This document shows positions 1-10,512 of a stretch of DNA of 64,000 bases, piece by piece (the first letter of the stretch is position 1; every line of letters starts with the position of its first letter). The stretch comes from a virus: positions 1 through 64,000 of IMG/VR virus record IMGVR_UViG_3300007616_000002; one strand, 5' to 3'. Below the pieces are notes generated by a model. The model searched no databases, was not told where the DNA came from, and saw nothing but the letters and a program-made list of their open reading frames with translations. A program made the translations under genes and the position numbers.

Positions 1-18
1 ACCACGGACGCCCAAGAG

Positions 19-360
19 ATGTACAACCGGCGGAAGATGGAGGAGTCCGAACGGGTCACCGAAACTGGTCAAATAATCGGTAACTGGGTCGATGAAGAGG
101 GTCTCGTCGGTGAATACCTCCGCGAAAAGGCCGAGACTACGCCGGAGATAAACAAGGATAAGGTCGAAGACACGCACCAAGCTGTGTACCCCATTGTGGG
201 TGGGTTCCACATGGAGAATATTGAGGAGGACGACTCTTCAATCATGGTGCACAAGAAGTACCGAACCTCGAAGTACGACGTGTACTTCCGGGTGAAGCAA
301 ATCGGTGAGGAGATGGCAAGTGGTCAGGTCTTCGTAGCCGAGAACGAAGGCTACAAATAA
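19..360 (+). CDS. hypothetical protein (probably 5'-truncated)
   Basis: Acidic ORF at the window edge, followed by a T-tract and the next promoter. Confidence 0.6.
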   Translation: MYNRRKMEESERVTETGQIIGNWVDEEGLVGEYLREKAETTPEINKDKVEDTHQAVYPIVGGFHMENIEEDDSSIMVHKKYRTSKYDVYFRVKQIGEEMASGQVFVAENEGYK

Positions 361-416
361 ACCCTCTTTTTACACTTCCCTAAGCTTTAATACCCACCCG
401 GAACAATAGTCGGGTA

Positions 417-1214
417 ATGAGAGACAAATACAAAGAGGTGATTGACGACCCTGAATCACCCGTTCTCGATATAAACGAGAGTGCTGGTGAAGTCATGTCA
501 ATCCTCCTTCTCACGGATGGAGGAACAGAACTTATCGACGGGAGTGCAGAAAATACCCTTCTGTACGTTCACGGACTGCGAGAAGTGCTGGAAGGCGAGC
601 AAGGTGCAAAGCTCTCCGAAGACCCGTATGTCTCTGTGGAGAAGACAGCGGCCCGCTCAGTGTATCGTATCGCTGTCGGTGACCGGCCGGTCGAGTCGAT
701 GCCTCACCAAGCAGACGACGTTCTAGAGGCCCTACAAGCCGCTGTAGAAGATTCTAACCTCGACCCCCTGCTGGACATTTACGAAGAGATAATCGACTCG
801 CAGGTGCGCCGTGGTGTCGTAAACGACCTAAAAGAACTCCTTCCGAACATCGACAGTGACCGTATCGAAGTGACTGACCGTGGGTGGCTCATCGATGGGT
901 TCTATGTCGTGGACTGGACTGCAAGCGTCTATGTCGTGACTGACGACCCGAACGAGGACGACTACGTAATACAGACCTCTGGGGTTGGTCGAACGGAGCG
1001 AGACCACGAGTTCGTTGAATTAGTTCCGTCCGAATCGCCCGAACGAAAGAAGGTGACAATGCCCGACGGAGAGTCAGTTATCGTCGGTGAACGAGAGATG
1101 ATGTTCCTGTCGAAGGTGGAGTGGCTTTTGAACCGGACCAGCTACCATCCGGACGAATCGTTCTGGCGGTACAACGAGCAACTCCGAAAAGATTACCTCC
1201 GGAATGATAGCTAA
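417..1214 (+). CDS. hypothetical acidic viral protein
   Basis: 265-aa D/E-rich ORF with a leaderless ATG after promoter TTTAATACCCACCCG. Confidence 0.8.
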   Translation: MRDKYKEVIDDPESPVLDINESAGEVMSILLLTDGGTELIDGSAENTLLYVHGLREVLEGEQGAKLSEDPYVSVEKTAARSVYRIAVGDRPVESMPHQADDVLEALQAAVEDSNLDPLLDIYEEIIDSQVRRGVVNDLKELLPNIDSDRIEVTDRGWLIDGFYVVDWTASVYVVTDDPNEDDYVIQTSGVGRTERDHEFVELVPSESPERKKVTMPDGESVIVGEREMMFLSKVEWLLNRTSYHPDESFWRYNEQLRKDYLRNDS

Positions 1215-1547
1215 TGTCGGTGAAAAATGATGGTGCTGATGCATTTGAGATATATCTCTCGTGTATTCCTGTAGCAGGTGCCGCTGGAGCCATTACCGGT
1301 GTTATCGACCTCGACTACAACCACAGTCGAAAAAAAGGTCAACAGAAAATACAGGCATTTCTCATCAGTCACACAGTATACATTCTACTCTTCATTATAT
1401 TAGGAGTGATGCTATGAGCAAGGATAGTAAACACAGTGAGTGTCTCTGTAACCCCGCATGTCCCCATTGCGGTGAGAAGCTGAATGACCTTATCTCGTTC
1501 CATATGGGTCACAAGACTTGGGGTTGGGATGAATGGGAGGACGAGTC

Positions 1548-1913
1548 ATGACTACTTACAATCACGAAGGTATCCGTGAAGAGATGGTGTTCCATCTCTC
1601 GATGAAAGAAGGTTTGTCGGAACTGGAGCAGACTGAGCGGTGGTCGAAGGCCGCAGGAGCGGCTCGCGCTCTCCGGATGGTCAATAGCTTCTTTAACGAG
1701 GATGCCGGCTCAGCTAAGGAGAAAGTGCGTCTTCACTGGGAAAACTCAGTCGAGGCTATTGAGGAAGATGAGAGCCCGCCCGTCTCGTGTAATGATGTGA
1801 CGATGCGGAGATACTTGAACGAGGGGTATCTGTTTGGGATAGCCCGAGCGTGGGCTATCATAGAGCACGAAAAGAGCCACTTCGGTGAACATTACGGGAG
1901 CAGAAGAGGATAG
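1548..1913 (+). CDS. hypothetical protein
   Basis: ATGA-coupled to the upstream small CxxC ORF; acidic. Confidence 0.6.
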   Translation: MTTYNHEGIREEMVFHLSMKEGLSELEQTERWSKAAGAARALRMVNSFFNEDAGSAKEKVRLHWENSVEAIEEDESPPVSCNDVTMRRYLNEGYLFGIARAWAIIEHEKSHFGEHYGSRRG

Positions 1914-1976
1914 GAGAAGATAGGTCACCGAAAGTTTTAAGTCCCCCCGGACGCAATTTGTATTCAGAAGGAGCTA

Positions 1977-2392
1977 TGACAGGCCAAGAACTTGACTTAA
2001 CCCCCGACCAACACAGCAAGCAGGAAGTACTAGAAGATGAAGCGATTGTCGAACTCGACCTCAGCGGTGAAGCTGAAGGTGTGGACGAACTCGTTTCGGA
2101 ACTGAAGAACACTGCTGATAGCTTCAGTGTCCGCGACTTCAAGTGTGCGAAGTGTGGTCTTCCGCACGGTCATAAAACTTCGAAGCACAGAGTCAAAGAC
2201 TCATTCAAGGTTTCAGCAAAGGACACTTCAGAGATGCCGTTTAACCCTACGTGTCATTGTGGATACAATTGGGTGGCCCATCACGGCAAGAGTGAACTTG
2301 GAATCCGAGATGCACCGTCGCCCGAGAACGCTTCGGACACCGCCCCCATCCCGCAACACATCCAGCAAGATATTCGGAACTGGAGCGGCTAA
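1977..2392 (+). CDS. Zn-binding hypothetical protein
   Basis: CAKC...H and CHC motifs; own promoter at ~1935. Confidence 0.65.
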
Positions 2393-2459
2393 CTAAAGAA
2401 GGGATTTCTTTAACCAAAAAATTTTAGTATCGACCGTCTCAACGGTTAGTTGGGATTAA

Positions 2460-3368
2460 ATGCGCTACTCCGACGAGGACCTGAAAGAGATGGTCCAAGA
2501 AGCAGAAGACCGGTTAGACAGGTTGACTACTACTTCTTTCGACCAAATAGACGATTTCTGTACGAGCAAATGCGTTATTAATAGGTTCGGTAGTTGGGAA
2601 GCGGCTAAGTTCGAAGCTGGTGTTATTGAAGACGTTGAAAAATGTCCAAAGTGCGGTAAAGTTTTGAGACAATTTGGGAACCATTGGAGAACATCTTGTG
2701 GGTATCCTGAGATACCCGACCGAAAGTGGAATATGTTCATCGGATTACTGATGGGTGACGCGAGCGTTCAAGGGGATGGATACGAAGAAGCAAAGAACGC
2801 TAACATGAGAATTTATTCCTCTAACAAGAAGTTCTTAGAGTGGCTTGACGGAGAGATGGGTGTCTTTACAACTAACGTCAACTTGAACGACACGGGTGGT
2901 GACAGACTCTTACGGAATCAAAAGTCGGGATTCGACAACCGAAAGGAGGCCGACTACTCAGACATGTACGTGTTGAACACACGGGCAATGCCCTGCTTCA
3001 CGGAACTCAGGGTGTGGTACGATAGCGGGAAAAAGAAGTTCCCCAAAAGTCTTGAGTTGACAAAAGAGGTGGCGAGGATGTGGTTTGTCTCCGATGGAGG
3101 GTTGAATTGGCAGGGTGAAAGGTACACAAATCCCACCGCTCAAGCCGAAATAGCGTCCGTGAACGAGTCCGAGAGACCGGAAATGCTAGTCAGCTTATTC
3201 GAAGACCACGGCTTCAACCCCACCTTCGACGGGACAAGACTGCACTTTAACAGCCAGACAGAGGATTTTCTTGAGTGGCTTGGTGACCCCGTGCCCGGAT
3301 ACGAGTATAAGTGGGAAACGAAAAACCGAGACCGATACAAAGAACTCTATGAAACGGCATACAACTAA
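2460..3368 (+). CDS. free-standing LAGLIDADG homing endonuclease with N-terminal HEG-associated repeat and Zn finger
   Basis: RFGSWEAAK repeat, CPKC, two LAGLIDADG-like motifs (IGLLMGDA; WFVSDGG). Confidence 0.85.
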   Translation: MRYSDEDLKEMVQEAEDRLDRLTTTSFDQIDDFCTSKCVINRFGSWEAAKFEAGVIEDVEKCPKCGKVLRQFGNHWRTSCGYPEIPDRKWNMFIGLLMGDASVQGDGYEEAKNANMRIYSSNKKFLEWLDGEMGVFTTNVNLNDTGGDRLLRNQKSGFDNRKEADYSDMYVLNTRAMPCFTELRVWYDSGKKKFPKSLELTKEVARMWFVSDGGLNWQGERYTNPTAQAEIASVNESERPEMLVSLFEDHGFNPTFDGTRLHFNSQTEDFLEWLGDPVPGYEYKWETKNRDRYKELYETAYN

Positions 3369-3437
3369 CTCAGAAAAAAACACACGCCGTGTGTTTGTCG
3401 ATACTTTTAAAACCTACCCGATTCAAGCTTACAACAG

Positions 3438-3740
3438 ATGGCAGACTTTACTATCTCAGACAGGGACCCCGAAGAGTATGAGCCTGACGAACCTTCTGGA
3501 AACATCGAATGGCTCTTTCGTCACGCAGGGAATGATGGCTCTATGACAGTTCCCGGGAATAGCCAAGATGAAGCATGGAAAGCTGTTCGATACCATGAAG
3601 GTGAGAACTGGTTCGAGTGGATGTTAGTCGGTCGAGCAAAAAGTAACGAGCCCGAAGACAGAATAAGAGAGGTCTCAGCGCAATTCAAACACCGGAATAA
3701 GAGCCTCGTTGAGAAGTGGGAAGAGAACGACGGAAAGTAA
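3438..3740 (+). CDS. hypothetical protein
   Basis: Leaderless ATG after promoter at ~3405; acidic. Confidence 0.65.
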   Translation: MADFTISDRDPEEYEPDEPSGNIEWLFRHAGNDGSMTVPGNSQDEAWKAVRYHEGENWFEWMLVGRAKSNEPEDRIREVSAQFKHRNKSLVEKWEENDGK

Positions 3741-3979
3741 ACTTTATAACTTACCCGTCTCAAAACGACTCATGGGAACGAAATCACCGAAGAGTCAGAG
3801 TTACACCTTTGAATGCAGTTGTGGGAAGCAGTTCAGCGCCTTTGAGCACTGTAAACAGCATAAAAGTGCAAAAGGACACCGTGGTTACATTATTCTCGAT
3901 GGGGAGACTGGTGAGGAGTTAGAGCGAAAGCACTGCTGACCAAAAGCTTAAGTGCCCCCCGGCCCAACTTTTGGTTAAG

Positions 3980-4426
3980 ATGGACTGGGAAATCCCCGAC
4001 GAACCGAAAGTGTCTCTACGAGACGCAATCAAACCGATGCAGGAGAATATTCCTGTTGGACGACTTGCTGTCCCGTATAATCGAGACCCGCCGATGGTCT
4101 TCGTAAAGAAGGTCGAACGCGGAAATCCGCCTGAGAACCCCGAGCACTACTATCTTCACATCGATGGCTATGAGGATGGTGGGTATGTCATGTCAGAAGA
4201 CATTATCGACCAGCTTGAGCTACACGATGTTGGACTGGTGTTCACCTACGAGGAGGACACAGATATGGTGCTTGAGCACAAGCTTGAGGATTACTCCGAA
4301 ACGATAGATAGCGATGCTTACAGCAATAAAAAGCAGTTTGTAGCGCCTGAAAGTGAGGCTGAGTATCGGTGGGAGAGTCTCGGAACGGACCTCTTCACGA
4401 ACAATTCGTTCTGGAGCAAGCAATGA
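3980..4426 (+). CDS. hypothetical protein
   Basis: Acidic ORF after promoter CTTAAGTGCCCCCCG. Confidence 0.7.
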   Translation: MDWEIPDEPKVSLRDAIKPMQENIPVGRLAVPYNRDPPMVFVKKVERGNPPENPEHYYLHIDGYEDGGYVMSEDIIDQLELHDVGLVFTYEEDTDMVLEHKLEDYSETIDSDAYSNKKQFVAPESEAEYRWESLGTDLFTNNSFWSKQ

Positions 4427-5115
4427 GTAACCACAAATACACGATAAAGGACCGTTCCGATGACTGGAAAGTGAGGACCCGACAGGGGAAAGAGCACCCT
4501 GTCCACGTGACGGACATTAGCGCCGTTCGTGAGCACGCTGAAGACCTCTGGGATGCCGGAACCTCTCCGACCCATGACTTCGACTCACGGGCCAATGAGC
4601 GGTCTCGTGAGAAGTTTATCAGTGACCGTATTGAAGGGAAGGTCGGTGAGCACGTCTTTAAACTCTTTCTCGAACGACTCGGATACTCAGCAGAAGTCGA
4701 TTACGATATATACGAGTCGAAGCAGGTCACCGACGACGCAGACCTGAAGTCTATAGAGGGCGATGACCCTACTGTCAGCTTCGACGTGAAGACCACAAAG
4801 AAGCGAAACAAGTGGCTCGCTATCCGAGAGTCGATATACCACTCTCACGAGCCCACCGACCCGTTCATTCTCGTGTTGGTTAACCCCGACGAAGTTCACA
4901 ATCCGCCCTTCACTGCGGAAGTTGTTGGTTGGGTCGAGAAGAAAAACCTCAACATCCGCCTTGGGCGTGGTGAGCGGATGTACATGCCCGGCGATAAAAG
5001 TCATAAGATTGGTCCGCCGCTCAAGACTGATAACCGGTGTATCCCTGTAGATAGCATCCAGCGCCGGACGAAAAATGAGTGGGAACAGTTCGTTCAGAAT
5101 CGACTGGTCACATAA
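4423..5115 (+). CDS. PD-(D/E)XK-fold nuclease-like protein
   Basis: GKVGE...DDADL...FDVKTT motif pattern; ATGA-coupled. Confidence 0.6.
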   Translation: MSNHKYTIKDRSDDWKVRTRQGKEHPVHVTDISAVREHAEDLWDAGTSPTHDFDSRANERSREKFISDRIEGKVGEHVFKLFLERLGYSAEVDYDIYESKQVTDDADLKSIEGDDPTVSFDVKTTKKRNKWLAIRESIYHSHEPTDPFILVLVNPDEVHNPPFTAEVVGWVEKKNLNIRLGRGERMYMPGDKSHKIGPPLKTDNRCIPVDSIQRRTKNEWEQFVQNRLVT

Positions 5116-5134
5116 CTATCTGACGGAGACACTA

Positions 5135-5422
5135 ATGAAATTATCAGAGTCATATGTTCAAATCGAATCGAGCGAAGAACGAAAAATCCGTCAGGCTGTC
5201 GCTGAGCGGGTTTATGAGATTGAAGATGACGTAGAGGTCACTGTACGTGATGAAGACATTGAGGGCCTCGTAGAAGAGCTAATCGGGCTCATTGAACAGC
5301 GTATCGAGATAGAAGTCGAGGATTCGGATTATGCGACAGGCGAGCACTTCCGAAAGCACATTAAACACATTGAGTCCTTCACTCTCATCGCATTGGTCGA
5401 GTACTCTGACCGAAACATTTAA
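5135..5422 (+). CDS. hypothetical protein
   Basis: Acidic ORF in operon. Confidence 0.55.
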   Translation: MKLSESYVQIESSEERKIRQAVAERVYEIEDDVEVTVRDEDIEGLVEELIGLIEQRIEIEVEDSDYATGEHFRKHIKHIESFTLIALVEYSDRNI

Positions 5423-5443
5423 GTACCCCCGGTCCTAATAGTA

Positions 5444-5534
5444 GCATACACGCTGAGACAAGGCGACGGGTTACTTCGAGATTACAAATCTCATCAAGCA
5501 CTTCCCGACGCCGACTATCGCTCAGGGTGTTTGC
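5444..5534 (+). ncRNA. minimal Y-RNA-like ncRNA (bulged-helix module)
   Basis: Own TATA promoter at 5418; stems ACACGCTGAG/CTCAGGGTGT and GGCGACGGG/CCCGACGCC with internal loop ACAA/GACTATCG; TTACTTCG then hairpin GAGA-TTACAAA-TCTC. Confidence 0.7.
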
Positions 5535-5564
5535 ACGCCTCATCTCTCCCGCCCTCTTTCCGCT

Positions 5565-5746
5565 CGGGCGAGCGAGTCGGATACTTCGAATCCATTGATT
5601 GATAGCTCAGCACTGGATTAAGACCGGACAACCGGACCGCGTTGGACGGCGGAAGATACGTCCTGCGCCCAGCCTAAATACTGGGAACAGAGGCCCTGTC
5701 GGGGCGACTCGGAACAACAATCCGACCCGACACTCCTCCCGACTCC
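5565..5746 (+). ncRNA. structured ncRNA, possibly a divergent member of the same family
   Basis: GTCGGA-TACTTCG ... TCCGAC stem, D-arm-like TAGCTCAG, several hairpins, no credible ORF. Confidence 0.45.
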
Positions 5747-5899
5747 ACATTTTACCGAGCACTTTTCCGAGTGTGGGAATGGGGTTAACTTGGCACTTTT
5801 TTGAGACCGTAAAGTTTATTAGCCACCCGGCTAAAATATAACGCGTATGGGAAACAGACCCAGTATAGAGACGGTTGACACCGGGGTGAAATCACGGTG

Positions 5900-6310
5900 A
5901 TGGTCGTCTGGAGTGATGCTTCTGTGAAGAGTCGCCACGGCGCTGGCATTGGCTGGCACATACAGACATGGAGTGAATCGCAGAGTAAGCTCTTGAGCAC
6001 AGTTGATAAAGGTAATGACTACCTCTCAGACAGTTACACATCAGAAGAAGCCGAGCTTCTGGCTATTATACGAGGGGTCAAAGAATGCCTACAGAACGGA
6101 GAAGATAGTTATCTCAAAATTCGAAGTGACTGTAAACCGCTGGTAAGAAAAGTACAGGACCGAACGTATATCACCGATGACGGTCGGTACATGAAAGCTC
6201 TCACCTCTCTTCTGAGCCATGTGAAAGAGTGGGATATTAAATGGCGAAAGCGTGACAAAAACTCAGTCGCTGACAGGCAGGCTCACTACGGGTTGGAGCA
6301 ACACGCTTAA
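5900..6310 (+). CDS. rnhA: RNase HI-like protein
   Basis: WSDAS..., EAELLA, SDC, NSVADRQA catalytic pattern. Confidence 0.8.
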   Translation: MVVWSDASVKSRHGAGIGWHIQTWSESQSKLLSTVDKGNDYLSDSYTSEEAELLAIIRGVKECLQNGEDSYLKIRSDCKPLVRKVQDRTYITDDGRYMKALTSLLSHVKEWDIKWRKRDKNSVADRQAHYGLEQHA

Positions 6311-6335
6311 GTCAAAGCTTCTCTAAAGTTGGCGT

Positions 6336-6536
6336 ATGAACACAGCAGAGATTTATCGACTACATGCAGTTCCTGTCAACGGAACGGTTCGAACCGTTCA
6401 CGAAGCTGACGAACACCAGACTTTTATTTTCGGTTGCGCGTTTGATGCTGATGGGCAAATCTTAGAGCAACTATTCGAATACTACGGAGACCGTGTGGCT
6501 CTTTCTGGAGACCTTGAGACGGCTGTTTCACCGTAA
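6336..6536 (+). CDS. hypothetical protein
   Basis: Leaderless ATG after a TATA box. Confidence 0.5.
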   Translation: MNTAEIYRLHAVPVNGTVRTVHEADEHQTFIFGCAFDADGQILEQLFEYYGDRVALSGDLETAVSP

Positions 6537-6570
6537 CATTTAAGTGCCGCCCGAGGCTACGTTAGACGTA

Positions 6571-7524
6571 ATGAGTAACAAAGTGATTGTAGCCGGTAGT
6601 CGAGACATTACCGACTTTGATGCAGTCTCCAATGCTATCGAGAAGAGTGGGTTCCAGATACGCGAAATTGTCTCAGGTGCCGCGGATGGCGTAGATAGTC
6701 TTGGGGAAGAGTGGGCCGAGAATCATGCCATCGACACTGCAATTTTCGAAGCTGACTGGGATACGCACGGCAAATCCGCCGGTCCGATTCGAAACAAGCA
6801 AATGGCACAGTATGCCGACGCGGCTGTCATCGTCTGGGACGGGGAGTCCGTTGGGACGCGTTCGATGTTAGAGAAGGCACTGTACAATCGTCTCGACGTT
6901 CATGTTGAGCCGATTAAATACGACGGATTCGTTCCTAACGACCTCACTGAGAAGGAGCTTCTTCGACGCTTTCCCGAAATTAAGAAGATTGATGATGTGT
7001 GGATTCGAGCAGAGCTAATCGAAGCAATGCTCTCTGCCTATCCGGATTACAACTGGAGTACTAGCTCTTCCCGTCACCATCACCCGCCCGATGAACGTCA
7101 GGAGATGGGACAATGGCTTCACGTCAAGCGCGTGTACTCAGTATACGAAGGAATTGCTCGGGACTTCGAGCACCAGAACAAGCTATCAGCTAGAGAGATA
7201 GAACTCGGAAAGGCCGCAGTGTTCCTCCATGACATGTTCAAATATGGCATTCCGCCCAAAAAATACGACTCTGCTTACGGCAATCACGACACGTTGGCGG
7301 CAGAGTACGTCAGACAATACACTGACTTCCCTGAGCAGGTAGCACGAGCGTGTGACACGCACAATGGCGGCTGGGGCAACGATACAATCCCCTCGACACC
7401 GCTAGAACAGGCTGTTCACATGGCTGACTATATAGCGTCTCGTGACCACTCTAATCACGGGGTCTACGAGCCGGTGACGGAACTAAAGGACATGTCTGAT
7501 ATGCTCACTGAGATTGAGGAATAA
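6571..7524 (+). CDS. SLOG (YspA/DUF2493-like) domain fused to an HD hydrolase
   Basis: VIVAGSR, SGAADGVDSLGEEWA, AGPIRN; C-terminal H...FLHDMFK...H...HMADYIAS. Confidence 0.8.
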   Translation: MSNKVIVAGSRDITDFDAVSNAIEKSGFQIREIVSGAADGVDSLGEEWAENHAIDTAIFEADWDTHGKSAGPIRNKQMAQYADAAVIVWDGESVGTRSMLEKALYNRLDVHVEPIKYDGFVPNDLTEKELLRRFPEIKKIDDVWIRAELIEAMLSAYPDYNWSTSSSRHHHPPDERQEMGQWLHVKRVYSVYEGIARDFEHQNKLSAREIELGKAAVFLHDMFKYGIPPKKYDSAYGNHDTLAAEYVRQYTDFPEQVARACDTHNGGWGNDTIPSTPLEQAVHMADYIASRDHSNHGVYEPVTELKDMSDMLTEIEE

Positions 7525-7643
7525 TATGGTAGTTTATAACGCACCCAAGGTGGGACACAAAGCCACGATTAAAGAAGATGGAACAATGTCAATAGATAGC
7601 CACATCTTGTTCAAATCCGATGGTTCCAAGGAGGAGTTCGGTC

Positions 7644-8147
7644 ATGAGTAACGAAGGTGAAGTAAACACACGACGCCTTGCTTCCGAAGTCTCAGACGAG
7701 GAGTTTTCTGAGTACAGTAAACTGCCCGTGACGATTGAAGCTGTGCAGATGGACGAGCCGTTCGTCGTGGAGACGATGGAGAACAAACGCGGAGAAAAGT
7801 TATACGGGGACGAAGGAGACTACCTCATCCGAGGAGTCGAGGGAGAGCTTTACCCGTGTGACGCGAGTGTGTTTGACCAGACCTATCGAAAGGGATGCAA
7901 GTGTGACATGCGAGAGTTTCATTTCCAGCGTGTCGAAGATGAATCGGGGACCTCTGGAACCGGAATAGTTGCTGAGGGAGTCGAGTTCTCCGATGGAAGT
8001 GTGATGATTCACTGGTTCAACGAGGACAACCCCAACCTCAACACTACGTCTGATGGGTTCTCGTTCAAGCCCGGTCCTGACGGGATGGAGGATACTATAC
8101 AGGTCCACGGACACGGTGGGAAAACTGAGGTTGTATTCCATGAGTAG
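7644..8147 (+). CDS. two-domain phage protein (PGDYG-like GDYLIRGVEGELYPC domain)
   Basis: GDYLIRGVEGELYPC..VFDQTY followed by DESGTSGTGIVAEGVEF domain. Confidence 0.65.
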   Translation: MSNEGEVNTRRLASEVSDEEFSEYSKLPVTIEAVQMDEPFVVETMENKRGEKLYGDEGDYLIRGVEGELYPCDASVFDQTYRKGCKCDMREFHFQRVEDESGTSGTGIVAEGVEFSDGSVMIHWFNEDNPNLNTTSDGFSFKPGPDGMEDTIQVHGHGGKTEVVFHE

Positions 8148-8461
8148 AATTTGTGGTAACTGCGGAAAGAATCTCAAAATACCGCATGGGCGAGGAGATA
8201 TAACGAAGGTTTCTGTTTCCTTTGGTGGTTCTTTCTGCTCTCGTGAATGTGCAGTTGAATCGTGGGAAGAGCACGACTTACTTGGATGACAATGTCACTC
8301 GGACTAGCTGAGTATTATCGTGGTTTTCGTGCGGAGGGCAACGGGCGTATTCGTTCGGTTATTGACGTGCTGTTTTTCTTACTGAGTGTTTTGGCGGTGC
8401 ATGTGGTGAAGGTATTCCCTCTTCCATAATCTTTATATTCCACCCGGAGTAAGTGGTGAGT

Positions 8462-9946
8462 ATGAAAGTAAAAGGAGACTACAATACTGCTGACGTAAAG
8501 ACAGAATCTGGCGAGGATGAAGCAATCGACCAGATTCAGTCGATGGTGGATGCTGAGGCCTTTGAGGGCGACGAAGACGTAGCAATTATGCCCGACTTCC
8601 ATTTCGGTTCAGGCGCTGTTATCGGCTTCACAATGCCGTTCAAAGACCGTGTTGCCCCGGCAACAGTTGGCGTTGACATTGGGTGCGGAATGACCGCCAT
8701 TCGTCTGAACGGGAATCCCGAACTCGAAGACTGGGACCTTCGTGAAGAAGTAGACGAGGCTGTTCGTGAGCGCGTCCCCGTCGGGTTCGACGTTCACAAC
8801 CGTAGCGACTATCACATGGTGGACGACTTCCCGTGGGAAGTCTGTGCGACGAAGCTGTCGGAGTTCGAGAAGACAACCGGCTTTGACCTCGGGGGAGACA
8901 AGCCGCCTACGTTCGATGGAACTGATATTCCCCTCTACGGCAAAGAGTATTTCATCGACCTACTGAAGCGTGTCGAGTATGACTCCACACGAGCCATTAA
9001 CTCGGTCGGCACACTCGGTGGTGGGAATCACTTTATCGAGATTGGCGAAGACCCTGACGCTGTTGAAAACCCCTACTGGGCAGTCATCCACTCTGGGTCC
9101 CGAGGTCTCGGGGCGTCTATCGCCCAGTACTGGATTGACCGTGCAGGCAAGATTCGAAACGCTACCGATGTGCGTAAGCACTTCCGCTTACTCCCCAAGG
9201 AGTACCGCAAGTACCTCAAGTTCGACGTTGATGGTGTGTCAGACGAAGACTTACTTGACTGGGTGCAGGGTGGCATGGGTGAGGATTACGTGGCCTACGA
9301 ACTACTCAAAGATGAGTATAAGGAAACTGACCCCGAGCGCATCGGTGAAATCTCTACCGCACTGAAGGACGCTCTCAACGTCATCAAGACGGGTGAAGAC
9401 CCCACGGCCTACCTCGAAGAAGAAGAGGCCCACGGATACATCGTGGACATGGTGTTCGCCCAGACCTACGCACAGGAGTCGCGCAAGCAGATGGCCAAGG
9501 CTGTCGAAGATGCATGGAAAGAGCTTGGCCTCACCGCCAAAGACATGGCGTCTCGGGACTTTATCGAGTCAGTCCACAACTACATCGACTTCCGCGACGC
9601 CACCATCAGAAAGGGTGCTTGTCGGGCCCACGAAGACGAGCGTGTTATCATCCCCTTCAACATGAAATATGGCACTCTCATCTGCAAGGGCAAGGGCGAC
9701 GAAGACTGGAACAACTCAGCACCCCACGGCGCTGGTCGTGCCATGTCGCGTACCGGAGCTAAACAGAAGTTCGAGCAGGACAACTTCGAAAACGAGATGG
9801 CAGACGCAGGAGTCTATCTCTCGAAACACCCGCTTGACGAAGCTCCCGGGGCGTACAAGGACCCTGAAACAATCGAAGATGCCATCGGCCCCACTGTCGA
9901 GGTGAAACGGCGTGTAAAGCCGCTCATTTCCATCAAGGCGGAGTGA
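8462..9946 (+). CDS. rtcB: RtcB RNA ligase
   Basis: MPDFHFG, GVDIGCG, GTLGGGNHFIE, HSGSRG, HNY, SAPHGAGR, DEAPGAYK. Confidence 0.97.
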   Translation: MKVKGDYNTADVKTESGEDEAIDQIQSMVDAEAFEGDEDVAIMPDFHFGSGAVIGFTMPFKDRVAPATVGVDIGCGMTAIRLNGNPELEDWDLREEVDEAVRERVPVGFDVHNRSDYHMVDDFPWEVCATKLSEFEKTTGFDLGGDKPPTFDGTDIPLYGKEYFIDLLKRVEYDSTRAINSVGTLGGGNHFIEIGEDPDAVENPYWAVIHSGSRGLGASIAQYWIDRAGKIRNATDVRKHFRLLPKEYRKYLKFDVDGVSDEDLLDWVQGGMGEDYVAYELLKDEYKETDPERIGEISTALKDALNVIKTGEDPTAYLEEEEAHGYIVDMVFAQTYAQESRKQMAKAVEDAWKELGLTAKDMASRDFIESVHNYIDFRDATIRKGACRAHEDERVIIPFNMKYGTLICKGKGDEDWNNSAPHGAGRAMSRTGAKQKFEQDNFENEMADAGVYLSKHPLDEAPGAYKDPETIEDAIGPTVEVKRRVKPLISIKAE

Positions 9947-9947
9947 A

Positions 9948-10406
9948 ATGAGCGATTACGAATTACCCAGCGACGCCATAGAAATCCGCTCGGCCAGCAA
10001 CGACCCCGACCACGTGGACGACTTCCGGACAAAGAGCCACTACCCCGAAGAGGTGGCTGACCAGTGGGACGAGATACGAGCCGGTCAGTGTGTTTACGTT
10101 GATGAAAAAGGAAACGAGGTTGATGGATTGAGTGACGCGTATGTAGTCCTTCATCCGTCGTATGCAATGGATGGAATGCCGTCGTCTCTCTCGGGAATTG
10201 GACCTGATGACCTTCCGCCTGTCACAACTCACCATGTTGGACGGCCTGACGAGCGCATTGAAGAGCAGAAACAGACCGAGTGGAAGAACGTTTACGCCGA
10301 GTGGGTAGACCCCGACACTGGGCACGCAATGGTAACAGGGCTGGATGAAGACGGCGAAGTGGTAGACGTTGATATAAACAAGGTGTACGCTGATGACGAG
10401 GAGTGA
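9948..10406 (+). CDS. hypothetical protein coupled to rtcB
   Basis: Starts 1 nt after the rtcB stop; acidic. Confidence 0.7.
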   Translation: MSDYELPSDAIEIRSASNDPDHVDDFRTKSHYPEEVADQWDEIRAGQCVYVDEKGNEVDGLSDAYVVLHPSYAMDGMPSSLSGIGPDDLPPVTTHHVGRPDERIEEQKQTEWKNVYAEWVDPDTGHAMVTGLDEDGEVVDVDINKVYADDEE

Positions 10407-10512
10407 TGAGAAATTCGAGCAAGCTGAACGTGGTCCGTTCGGGAAGCTCCTCGAACTGATGCGACAGTGGGTTCACCAAAAGTCTTAAGACCTACCCGGT
10501 CAAAGTCAGGGT

